Origin: Sphaerodactylus townsendi
Lineage: Eukaryota
Assembly (NCBI RefSeq): GCF_021028975.2
Contig: NC_059425.1
Coordinates: forward strand, 51,584,001-51,648,000
DNA length: 64,000 bases
Direction of reading: 5' to 3'
Part shown: positions 12,201 to 22,918 of the stretch, piece by piece
Layout of the letters: every line of letters begins with the position of its first letter
Numbering within the stretch: the stretch's first letter is position 1
The notes under the pieces: generated by a model
Database searches by the model: none
What the model saw: the letters and a program-made list of their open reading frames with translations, nothing else
What the model was told of the DNA's origin: nothing
Position numbers and translations under genes: made by a program

Positions 12201-13298
12201 CTTCTGCTTGGCTCTCCTTCCTTACTGAGCTGAGGAATGTAGGCCTAGCAATCAAAGAAGCATTTTCCAGTTCCCTATTACTATAGTTGAATTCTGTGTT
12301 GTAGGTAAGCCCATTGTATAAAACTTGATTAAGGGACCAAAATGAAAAATGCATACTTGCCAGTGTAATAATATTTCTTTAAAATAAAGTTTTGGAGAAT
12401 GGATTTGTGATGCCACATAATTGTTTGCATATGATGAATCTGTTTGCCTGTTGTGTAGACATTATAAAATGGATCTGCAATTTCTGATTGCATAGGTTTT
12501 GTGCATTTGAATCACAGAAGTGATACAATTGTTTTCTATTAGCAGCTGTCTAATTGAATATGAGAGTTGGCTTTGGGAGATGCTGAGGTTCTTCACTACC
12601 CACCTCCATCTGTATCTTGTTGTGTTTGGTGTTAAATGAAGGCACATATGATTAAAACTGAGGCTGAGCTAATAAAAATTCTTGCTGAAATCTTGTCTCT
12701 TCCAGTGCAACCCCTGAAACATTCTGTATGGTTCCCAGTCTAGGCAAATGAGTTACACATGCAAGATAAAGCTTATAAAACCATATGTTGCCCAGTCCTG
12801 TTTTATTTTCTTGTGCCAATGAAATGAAAATACTTAGTATTTATAAAACAGTTTAGAGTTTCAAAGCACTTTATTTACATTATCTAAATTATATTTGCAA
12901 CAACCTCATTAGAATGATTATCCACACTAACTAAAGGGCCATCAAGTTTGAGAGGTGGGGGATTTCTTCCTTCTTTTGCACACCCACTGCAAAGTTTTCC
13001 ATCAATTACTGGAAACAATAGATCAATATATTGACATACAGGATTCAATGGAAGCCACTGAGATCAAGCTAATATCTGGGTTGGATCACATGCTCTATCA
13101 GCAGAAAGCATTGATGGTTGTTGCATTCCTCTTCCCCTGGAAGTCTCTTGTGACCTACACAAAGTTGATCCATATGAACTAAGGACTGCAAAGTGAAGTG
13201 TCAAGGGAAGGGGGGGGGAGGAACTTTTTTTTCTGTCTCTTAACATAATAGGAGGATGGAGTGATTTTTATCTCTTTCTCCTCCTTCTTCATCCCATC

Positions 13299-13434
13299 CA
13301 GTGGTGGGACTCAAATAATTTAACAACCGGTTCCAGTGGAGGGATTCAAATAATTTAACAACTGGTTGTTTACAAGCACCATTTTAACAACTGGTTCTGT
13401 CAAAGTGGTGCAAACCTGCTGAATCCCACCACTG
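13299..13434 (+). mobile_element. hAT MITE (CAGTGGTGGGATTC family)
   Basis: TIR CAGTGGTGGGA...TCCCACCACTG with an 8-bp TSD, ATCCCATC/ATCACATC. Confidence 0.85.
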
Positions 13435-13617
13435 ATCACATCCCCTGACACACAGAAACATAGAGCTGGATGGAACGTCAGAGGTCATCTAGCACTTGCA
13501 CAAATAGCAGCAACTGGCTCAGCGGGGGCAGCCATTGCGGCTGGGGTGAGCAGAATAGGCAAAGGGTGGTTGCATGCAAGGTGCAATGCTTTGCAAGGGC
13601 TCACAAGATCTGCAGTG

Positions 13618-13662
13618 ATTGGCTCCCGGCCGTAAAGGTGGGAGGAGCAAGGGTATATAAAG
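13618..13662 (+). promoter_or_regulatory. Putative Ngaro internal promoter (inverted CCAAT plus TATA box)
   Basis: ATTGG at 13618-13622 and TATATAAAG at 13654-13662, about 270 bp upstream of the ORF1 ATG. Confidence 0.45.
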
Positions 13663-13934
13663 CGCCACACCCTGAGCTCGGCCTTCTTGGCTGCCGAGAC
13701 TCAGGACCGGCGTGACGCTTCGTCGAGCGAGTTTTAGGTGCAGGGCCAAGGAGAAGCTGGACTTTCGTCTACTGACGCTGTTTAAAAGGCTGTGATCCCA
13801 GTGAGGGGAGCCAGCCATATTGTTAGCGAACCAAACAATCCACCCCACCCCACCCCCACCCCTCTCCCCAACTTCCCACTCCCTACCCCCCCTCCGCTCC
13901 TGTTGAGGCCCGCGGCTGCGGGAAGCAGAGAGTT

Positions 13935-15401
13935 ATGCCTCCCAAGCGGAGCAAGAGTAGGGAGTTGCCCCCTGGGAACTGGTCCCCCTCGGGATGGGGT
14001 AGACCGCTGCTCAATAGGGTGAGGGCCCAGACAGGCCCGGGTGTTGAGGAGCCGGACCCAGTGGTGGGTAAGCTTGGCGCTGCTGCTGGAGGCGAGGCCG
14101 CACGGAGCGCGGCGAGCTTATCTCTCTCCCCCATTGGCAGGGGGATTAGGTCCAACTTGGCGGCGCGTGCTCTCGCGGCTGCGGAGTATGCTCGGGCGCC
14201 GGAACAGCAGCCCAGCACTTCTGCGGGTGCTGCGGCTGTGGAGCCTGGACCTAGTGGCAGCCTGATAAGGAACCTGGCCGATACTTTAATGCACCTTTCC
14301 CAGGCCCTGGGCGGGTCCTCTTCAGTGCTTAGTCCTGCGCCGGGGGCGGTGGATACGGGCGGCATGGGTTCACCAGCAACAACTTCACCGGAGGATCAGG
14401 GCACAACGGGCTTTCCAGCCCCCACGCACCAGTTTTCACCACCAGGGAGCGCTTCGACGTCGGTCGACGCTTCAGTGGGAACCATGTAATGTGACGGGCG
14501 CCCGAGGAAGCGATCTTTGCGGCGCTCACGGTCATCCCGGCGTTCACCCAGTTCTTCCACCTCTAGTGAGTCCTCTGAGGATGACGAAATGCAGGCATCA
14601 GGGGAGTTCTGGTTTCAGGGGGAGAAGGTGCCTTCCCTTCCCACCTGGCTTGCAAAGCGTAGGCGCATAGGCGGCCAGGAGGTTCCTTCTATAGGAGCGG
14701 CTTCTGATGATACTGGGAACCCTCCCGGGTCCCACTTGCCCAGGAAGCTCAGGGGGAGTGCCCTGGATGGGTACTATACAGATATATTTCGCTGCCTGCG
14801 ACAGGAGGGCGAACAAGGGCTGGCAGGTGGGAAAACCGATAAGAAAAGGAAGGAGCAGCATGCGGCTGACCGCCCTTTTGATAATTGGCTGAGGGGTTAC
14901 AGCGAATACCTGACCTTGATTGCAGCCGCTTACCCCTTAAGGGCATGGCACCTCGTAGCCTACATGATGCACGTTCTGAGAGCCCGCGTACTGGCGGGAG
15001 AGGCAGCTGCCATGGCATATGACGAGGCAGTGAGAAAAAACTCCTGGCACAAGAGCCGCTTTAGATGGGATCTCATCCATGACCAGACATGGATGGTGGT
15101 AGTCCACCCATCCATAAAAGGGGTCAATGACAGTACAGCTGGTGAGGGAATGCAGAGGGATGCCACCCCGGGGAAAGCTCCTGCAAAGAGAACATGCTGG
15201 GACTTCAATAGGGGCTCATGCCAGCGGCCCAGGTGTAAATATGATCATATCTGCTCCAATTGTGCAGGTTTGCACACCAGGGCGCAGTGCACGAGGGCTC
15301 CCCCTTGGCAGCCCTTTCACCAGGGCCGGAACCCTGGCTCCGGCCAATCCCATAAGGACAGCAGCAGCCAGGGGGGTGCAGCTGCTACTCAGAAGAGCTG
15401 A
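13935..15401 (+). pseudogene. Ngaro ORF1 (gag-like), split into two frames (13935-14489 and 14517-15401)
   Basis: Basic MPPKRSK start, low-complexity Ala/Pro/Ser region, then FDNWLRGYSEY..AAAYP.RAW.L..Y...V, AYDE..R...W, and the C-terminal CWDFNRGSCQRPRCKYDHICSNCAGLH...C (CCCH plus CCHC fingers). Confidence 0.75.
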
Positions 15402-15890
15402 GCTTCCTCTCTCCTTGCAAGTTTTAGCCCCATCGCCCATTCGCTTGCACACGCTCTGCCAATGGTTAGCGCATTACCCTGTTAGGGTGGGGGCCGAGAT
15501 GCTGAGAGAAGGCTTTTCATCAGGCTTTCGAATTCCCTATACAGGGCCAAGGAAAGCCTATTTTGCCCCCAACCTGAAATCGGTTGAGGAATTCGCTGCA
15601 GTGGTGGCTGAGAAGCTCAGAAAAGAGGTTGAGGCGGGCAGGATAGCCGGCCCACTTGACAACCTGCCATTGGAGACCTTGTGGGTTTTGCCCGTGGGCA
15701 TAGTGCCCAAGAAGGCCCCAGGCAAATTTTGACTAATTCAACACCTCTCTTATCCCCGGGGCGATTCAGTAAATGCCTTTATTGATCCTGAAAAGTGCTC
15801 CGTGCGCTATGCCACGTTGGACGAGGCTATAGGCCTCATCAAGACAGTGGGCCCTGGGGCGGAGCTCGCAAAATGCGATATTCAATCTGC
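15400..15890 (+). pseudogene. Ngaro reverse transcriptase N-terminal fragment with an in-frame stop
   Basis: APSPIRL..L..WL.HYP....MLREGFSSGFRIPY ... PKKAPGKF(TGA, probably from CGA)LIQHLSYPRGDSVNAFIDPEKCSVRYATLDEAIGLIKTVGPGAELAKCDIQSA. Truncated before the YxDD motif. Confidence 0.85.
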
Positions 15891-17053
15891 CTGGTGTGAG
15901 TCACCTGAAAGGAACCAGCCAACTTTGCTAAAGTTTGCCAGGGATGGCTCAGTGCTGGGGACATCAGGTTCACCTTCAACTTGGTGCCCACAGCATTTTC
16001 CTCTTCCACACACATTTTAGCAAATTTGGTTGGTTCCTTTCAGGAGACTCACACCAGCAACCCTACAGGAAATGCCCCCACTCAGAGCAAGACCCTTACC
16101 ACAGTGCCTCCCATTGAAACCTCTACCACAGAGCCAGCTGGGCATAACAGAAAGCCCCATTGAAGTCTATAATGGGAAAAGTAATTTTTCCCACCACAGA
16201 ACTTGCTGAAGAGCCTGGCAGATTCTGGGGAATTTCTGAGTGTGTAAGCACTGGCTTTACATTTTTGAAGATAGAGGCATCAGACTTTCAAGGTGGCTCC
16301 AAGAGGTCTTGGGTAATAGCATCCAAGCTTGGTGAGCTTTGCTTCTGGAGTGGGGGAGGGGGGCGAGTTGAGAGAGTTCTGAGAGAACTCAGCCCGCGGA
16401 CTTTCATGTGCAGGAGTGGGGAAACAAAATAAGCCTTTTGGGGGCCCATAAAATTGAACCCCCAGAAGCAAAGGTCTCCAAACCTGGATGCTATTATCAG
16501 GAGGGCCACATGAGCCACCTTGAAAGTCTGGTGCCTCTATCTTCAAAAATGTGCGGCCTGCCTACACAGTCAGAAATTCCCCATTGGCTACAATGGAGCA
16601 AAGTCACTGCAAAACAAAGAATCTTGGGCAAATTTCTTGGGGTGCCTGTAAGGGGTGTATTTTTAAAGCTAGTGACACCAAAATTTCAGGGTATCATCTG
16701 GTAACTATTCTTATGATGCCACCCAAGTTTGGTGAAGTTATGTTCAGGGGGACCAAAGTTATGGTTCCTCAAATGGGTAGCCCCCATCTCCTGTTAGCTC
16801 CCATTGAAAACAATGGGGATGAGGCACCCCCTTTGATGGTCCATAACTTTTCTTTCCCTGAACCAAACACCACCAAACTTGGGTGGTATCATCAGGACAG
16901 TCTCTGGACTAACAATGCGCCCCCTGCAGGCCAAAACGTAAAAACACTAAAAAATTTAAAAACAACCCTGAAATGGTGGCGCCCCCCAGGTGACCAAATG
17001 GTGGGTGCCCAGAGACATAGGGTACCCCCTGTCCCTAGTCAGGTACACCACTG
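15891..17053. mobile_element. Long non-autonomous DNA-transposon-like repeat (hAT-like end)
   Basis: Internal motifs (CCCCCTGAACCAAAC..CACCAAACTTGG, GTGACACCAAAATTTCAGGGTATCATC) recur at about 28405-29300, 32205-32280 and 32670-33060. Ends ...GTACACCACTG, similar to the end at about 29299. Confidence 0.55.
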
Positions 17054-17229
17054 CTCAGCAGCCAAGGCATGGCAGTGGTGGTGGGGACCTGTGGCAGGGG
17101 TCCCCATACAACATTCAGGAGATTTCCACTCAGCAGCCAAGGCTGGGCATGCCCAGCAGAAACATGGCGCTGGCGGCTCCCTGACAAAACACAGAAACCG
17201 ACTGTCCACAGAGTTGGTGGACATTACCT

Positions 17230-17964
17230 TTTAGTTAGTTCCTAGGGTTGTTATAATGGGAGGTTAGTATGGAATTCTTAGCTTGATTGTATTATGTTTT
17301 CTCCCATTATGATGTTAGTCTTTTGGTTGTTTTAGGTAGTGTGTAGTTTATTAGTTAGTGATTTGTTATATTGTTGGTAGTTTTTGCAGGTAGTGTTAGG
17401 TATAGGAGTGATGAGATACTGGTTCAGATTAGTTATTAGTTTTAGTTTGCTATGCTGACACCGCAATGAATTACATAGAAATTTAGTCCTAGGTTGCATT
17501 TTGTAATCTGACTATATAATAGAAAGTCACCATCTGAGTTTATTCATGCTGTTAATTATGATGTTATATCTATTGTTATTTCTTGTTGTTTGATGTTATT
17601 ATGTTTATGATGTTATAATCTGTTATGATGTCATGTTGCTATGTTGTTGTTATGGTGATGTTATTGTATTGCTGTTATGAAATCTTATTATGTTAATTAT
17701 GTCCTGACATTTTGATATTTGAAATAGTGTTTATTGTTGCTGCTGCTTGATATTTGATTATTGCTATTGTTATGTTTCTTGATGCTATGTCATGTTGTAT
17801 CATGATTACTGATGTTTTGATAATTGAAATATTGTTTATTGTTGTTGCTGCTTGATATTATGACTATTGCTGCTATGTTAATTGATGTTGTATCATGTTG
17901 TTGTACACCGCCCTGAGCCTTTCCGGGGAGGGTGGTATATAAATTAAATTACCATACCATACCA
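17230..17964 (+). mobile_element. L2-like LINE 3' UTR with long T/G-rich low-complexity tract; antisense relative at about 29445-29630
   Basis: (TTG/TGA/TTA)-rich tract ending TGTACACCGCCCTGAGCC..GGGGAGGGTGGTATATAAAT-(ACCAT)n. Confidence 0.6.
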
Positions 17965-17978
17965 AGTGAGCCAACAAT

Positions 17979-18466
17979 GGCCTTTTGTGCACAAATCTCC
18001 GAAAACATTTGTCAAAGGTTTGTTAAACATTTTCAGTTTCACTTTTGTTCACAATCACCCCCTTGAAATGATTCCTGGCCATCATTTTCTATTTTTCCCT
18101 CTTTGTTCTCAGTATGTGGGCAAGTCAGTGCTTCATGCTTCACAGGCTCATCCTGCAGTTCCCTTAGTCGTCTGTAATCAATGCTGTGAAGATTATGCCC
18201 ACCCCCCAAAAAAATCTCTGAAATGTTGCAAAAACAGGGCATGTTTTTGAAGTGAGCTCACAAAATGGCATCTTAAAGGGACAGCACACAAATGAAGCAT
18301 TTTTGAAACATTTCAGCCAAAAGAATCACTAGAAAAGAAGATGTATTAGAAATGTTTTATAGCTGCAAATAAAACGTTTTTTGGGGGAAACAGTGCAGAA
18401 CTCCTTGGAGGAAACATTTTTTTTTCCTGGTGTAAAATATTTTAAAGCGTCTGTGCAGAAGGAGCC
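17979..18466. mobile_element. Older Harbinger-like MITE
   Basis: Termini GGCCTTTTGTGCACA and TGTGCAGAAGGAGCC. Similar ends occur at about 33450-33860 and 53900-54163. Confidence 0.5.
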
Positions 18467-18768
18467 ACTGTATCATTAAAACTTTTTAAATAAAAACCCT
18501 AGGTCATAAACCTACATTAACAACAACCTGCAAATACCCATGTAAAAAAAAAATCTCTCAACACCCCCTGAAATAGCAACATTTAAACTGCTCTTCTGAA
18601 GGAGAGCAGCAGCCTGATCCTACTGGTCTCCAGCAGCAGTCATGTGATGGATATGCTATGGAATGAGAATGTGAGCGAGTAGTGGCCAAATGTACACACA
18701 AGTTTTGATCAAGGAGTGTCAGGGTTCATATGGATAACAAAATCCATACGAATCCTACATTGGCTCTC

Positions 18769-18967
18769 NNNNNNNNNNNNNNNNNNNNNNNNNNNNNNNN
18801 NNNNNNNNNNNNNNNNNNNNNNNNNNNNNNNNNNNNNNNNNNNNNNNNNNNNNNNNNNNNNNNNNNNNNNNNNNNNNNNNNNNNNNNNNNNNNNNNNNNN
18901 NNNNNNNNNNNNNNNNNNNNNNNNNNNNNNNNNNNNNNNNNNNNNNNNNNNNNNNNNNNNNNNNNNN
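18769..18967. other. Assembly gap; others at 45176-45326 and 56904-57102
   Basis: Runs of N. Confidence 0.99.
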
Positions 18968-19729
18968 CCTATTTTATTTAACAGACATTCGAGATGACTG
19001 AACGATATGTAAAGCAGTAGTGTAGGTTTCTTTAAATGAAGCAGGAGTGGTGGCTGAAGGACCAGCCTGAGAAACAACATATCCAAGGACTTCTGGTGCC
19101 TGGAATGTTGCTGTGTACCAGGTTCTAGGGAAAGGGAGGGAGGAATAGAGGGTGGAGAATAAAAAGAAGAAAAGTTGGTTTTTAAATGCACTTTTCTCTA
19201 CTGGAAGGAGGCTCCAAGCAGCTTATGATCGCCTCCTTTCCCCTCCCCGCAAAGGAACCATGTGAGGTAGGTGGAGCTGAGAGAGTTCTTGGAGAGTTGT
19301 AACTGACTCAAGATCACCCAGTAGGCTGCATGCAGGGGAAATAAACCCTGTTCACCAATTAGAAAGAGAAAGAAAGAGATGTCACTGCTGCTGTAGAGGT
19401 GTAAGGGGTGATAATTTGCTGCCAAGTAACTAAGTAGGAGGGAGCCATTCTTTTCCAACTTGGATGAAAATCCAGACTGGAGTAGGATTTAGGAGCTGTA
19501 ATGTTCACCTCATGTTGAAAGGGGTGGGGACTTGCATTCCAAGCCAAGGCATGTGTCATGATGCCACCAGATACTTCACATGTCCCTGGAATTCAAAGTG
19601 GGATTCTGGGATTGGGTTCCGTCCAGGTCTATGGCTGCATTTCATCAACAGGTCTGCTATTATCAACTATACCCTTTTCAACAAAAAGAACAAAGTAAAA
19701 CTGTAACTTCATCCGCAATGTGCTAGACT

Positions 19730-19865
19730 CAGTGGTGGGATTCAGCAGGTTCGCACCACTTCGGCAGAACCAGTTGTTAAAATAGTGCTTGTAAACAACC
19801 AGTTGTTAAATTATTTGAATCCCACTACCAGAACTGGTTATTACATTATTTGACTCCCACCACTG
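19730..19865 (-). mobile_element. hAT MITE, same family as 13299-13434
   Basis: Reverse-complement match to the 13.3 kb copy, with a perfect 8-bp TSD GCTAGACT. Confidence 0.9.
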
Positions 19866-21360
19866 GCTAGACTGTCTTTGTTTTCGAATGCTCCGCTTGG
19901 GTCTCAGTGCCTTCCTAACAGAACTAGGTTGTCACTGGGACCAAACGGAGCAATTTAAAACAAAGATGGTCCAACATGTAGTGGATAAAGTTATAATTCT
20001 ACTTAGTTCTTTTTGTTGAAAAAGGCATACATGGTTAGAAAGACACGCAAAGTAAGCATAGTAAAAGAGATGAACGCAAGGCAAAAAAAGAGGCCTTTTG
20101 AGGATGTCACTGGCCCAGTTCAGGATGATAGGCATATTCATCATTTCAGCGAAGGCTGGGATTTTCTCCCTGTTAATATGAAATATTCATGGCCGTAACT
20201 GTCTTGGTGAGGCACAGGACTGTTTCTCATTAGCGGGGGTTGTCAGAAAAAATGAATATGCTGCTGAGTGTTCAGTTTCTGGGAAAACGTGGTTGAAACA
20301 TGAGCAGCTCTCTCGATTCTGAGCTTGGAGTCAGATGTTTGCAGATGGGATGTTCCCCATTAAGTAATGACTGAGGGCCATATGGAACACATTACAAATC
20401 AAAATACTGATTGATGAAGTGCCTGTGGTCAACTTTCTACAGAAATGAGAAATTTGAATTTATTATCACATCAGCATGGGGCTGCTCTCACGTACAATCA
20501 CATTCTGTTTGCCTCTGCACTCCCCCCAGCCCTCCTGCCTTGTCCCTTCTCCCAAATCTCAGACCCACTTGTCTCTAACAAACAATGCCAGAACAGAACT
20601 TCTGATTTGCTTTCCACCATTTTGATTACCCTAACAGAACTGGGGGATCAGTCAGGATGCACCATCAGGTAATAATATAACACCGCAACAGTTCTTTCAT
20701 GACATCTTCCGTTATTTTCATATCCAGATTCTTTACATATGGATGAGGTTGGTATAAAATGGAGAAAAGGGGAACCCACTCATTTATATCTCTGTTTTGG
20801 CAATTGGGGTAAGATACAAAGCAAACTTGGTGGGTCAAAGTGAGTTTTTTTCTTCCTTCACAAAAACACTCTCTTTTCACAGACTTAGAGGTTTATTTGA
20901 ACAATTTATTGCCAGAGTTCTTTCAGCCTGGGTCTTCTCTCACTGGACCCAAACCCAACTGAAGGTTCTTTACAAGTTACAATGAACACATGTACAGTTC
21001 ACGTACAATGTACATGTGATTTTCTTTGTACGTGAGTTGAGTAATTCTGTTATAATTAATGCATGCACAACTGAACATATGGTACAAACCTCACATTCAT
21101 CCAAGATAGGGTTGCAAGCTGATGGCACCTGGCATGAATTCAGGAATGGGATGATACCTAGACCAACATTGCAGATTTTCCCTGGAAGTTATGTCACACT
21201 ACATGTGATACTATGATTTAAAAAATTTCTCCTGCTACCCCAAAGAGCAGTGGTGGTGTGAGACTCCCCGACTCACTAGTCCCATCCTCCTGTCTTCTGC
21301 ATGTTGCCCATGTCAGGACAAACTCCTCCAGGCTTCAGAATAGTAGGTTGCATTGCCTTT

Positions 21361-21660
21361 GAGAGCCAACATGGTGCAGTGGTTAAAAGCAGTGGACTCT
21401 AATTGGGAGCAGGATTTGATTCCCTACTCTTCCACATGAGCAGTGGACTCTAATCTGGTGAACAAGGTTTGTTTCCCCATTCCTACACACAAATGTGTAA
21501 TATTTGGCTAATTGCAGTTCTCTCAGGACTTTCTCAGCCCAAAATGCCTCACAATATGTATGCTATGGGAAAGGAAGGGAAGAAGTTTGCAAGTCATTTT
21601 TGAGACTCCTTATGGTTGAGAAAAGCAGGGTATAAATCTAAATTCCTCCTCCTCCTTTCT
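21361..21660 (+). mobile_element. Squam3-like tRNA/CORE SINE; other copies at about 19195-19360 (-), 28185-28405 (+), 35400-35790 (-), 48720-48955 (-) and 57760-57990 (+)
   Basis: tRNA-like head TGGTGCAGTGGTTAA...GGACTCTAATCTGG..GGTTTG.TTCCC, body CTCTCAGCCC.ACCTACCTCACA, tail GGGTATAAAT. Confidence 0.7.
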
Positions 21661-22400
21661 TCTGCTTCCCTCAAGGTCTATATCCTTCCAGAAGGCAGTC
21701 TTGTCCATACCCACCCTTTATCTGGCCTGTCCCTGGAGCCTCTCTTAAGAAGAATTCCTCCCCCACCTCTCCTTTTCCAGTGCCCAATCTCAGCCCTGCT
21801 CATCTGCCCTGGCCAATCAAGAGCTAGGAGTGGGCCATTTGTCAACCTGTTCTGAGGTGTTACTGCCTCAATCTCTCCTCTCCAATCCTGGGGAGGGGGT
21901 GGGGGACACCCCCGCTCCCGGACACCTGGCTTCTCCCTTCCTACCTATGGCAGCAGGCTTATCTCCACTCGCACCCATAGTTGTCCTGTCCTGTTTTGTC
22001 CCTGTCCCTAGCCTCTTTCCTGAGCCACCAGTGCTGGGTTCTGTGATAAAGTAAGTGCACCACACACAGGTAACAGCAAAATGCAACCTTCTATGTAAAT
22101 CAGGAATATTTACAAGGTGAAAAAAAATTAAAAAGTATTCAGAGCAAGATCCAGAGATGCCTGGGTGTCAGTCTATTAACAAACATATCTATAAAAGCTC
22201 AAGTGCATCAACAGTGCTGCATAGTGACAATATTCTTTCAATCAGTTTAAAGAACTTAGTACATTGAAGAACATGAAAATTCCTTATTGAGGATAGTTTT
22301 CTGTTGACACATGAGAGCACCCACTAAACCTAGCGGGCGCCTGTATATAGTCTGACTTCATACAAGACTTTAATACCACCAGTGTGGCATTGTGAGTTTA

Positions 22401-22918
22401 GCCGCTTTCGCACGGCCACGCTGCGGGGTGCATTGGCGTATACGACGTCGACACCCCCCCGGGACTGTTCGCACGAACGGTCCCGGTAAAGACAGGGAAG
22501 ACGGTGCAGTGCTGCGCCGTCGCCCAATCGACTTACCTTCCCTGCGACCTTCTGGCACATCGCCGAGGCCAGGGGACACGCCCCCCTGCCCTGCGCGACT
22601 GCCCCGAAGTCACAGGGCGGGGGGGGCGTGTCCCCAGGCCTCGGCGACACGCCGGAAGGTCGCAGAGAAGGTAAGTCAATCGGAAAAGGGGGGATGGCGC
22701 CTTCCAGCCGCTGCCATTCGCATGGCAGCGGCTGGAAGCAGCTGTTTCCAGAAAACCTTGCTCGAGGAGTGAGGTTTGGAAACAGCGGCTTTGCGCCGCT
22801 GGGGGGCAGCGAGGGCGGCACGGCTGCAATGCAGCTGTGCCCCCCATGTGAACAGCTCCCTAGGGATGGCATTTTTGCCGTCCCTAGGGTGCTGTAAAAG
22901 GCCCGTGCAGAAAGCGCC
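22401..22918. mobile_element. GC-rich palindromic PIF/Harbinger-like MITE
   Basis: Termini GCCGCTTTCGCACGGCC and GGCCCGTGCAGAAAGCGCC. Internal inverted repeat CGCCGAGGCCAGGGGACACGCCCCCC...GGGGGGCGTGTCCCCAGGCCTCGGCG. Confidence 0.75.

Larger units (their letters stand above)
13491..15890 (+). mobile_element. Ngaro-type (DIRS order) tyrosine-recombinase retrotransposon, 3'-truncated
   Basis: GC-rich 5' region with a TATA box, an ORF1/gag-like region with tandem zinc fingers, and an overlapping RT frame with Ngaro-like motifs (GFRIPY..P, NLKS, KEVEAGRIAGP, GIVPKKAPGKF*LIQHLSYP, SVRYATLDEA, LAKCDIQSA). Breaks off at about 15890. The 5' boundary is approximate. Confidence 0.85.

Noticed and set aside
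18709-19191. ORFs spanning N-runs (also at about 44916-45491 and 56804-57190)
   Set aside because: Artefacts of assembly gaps.
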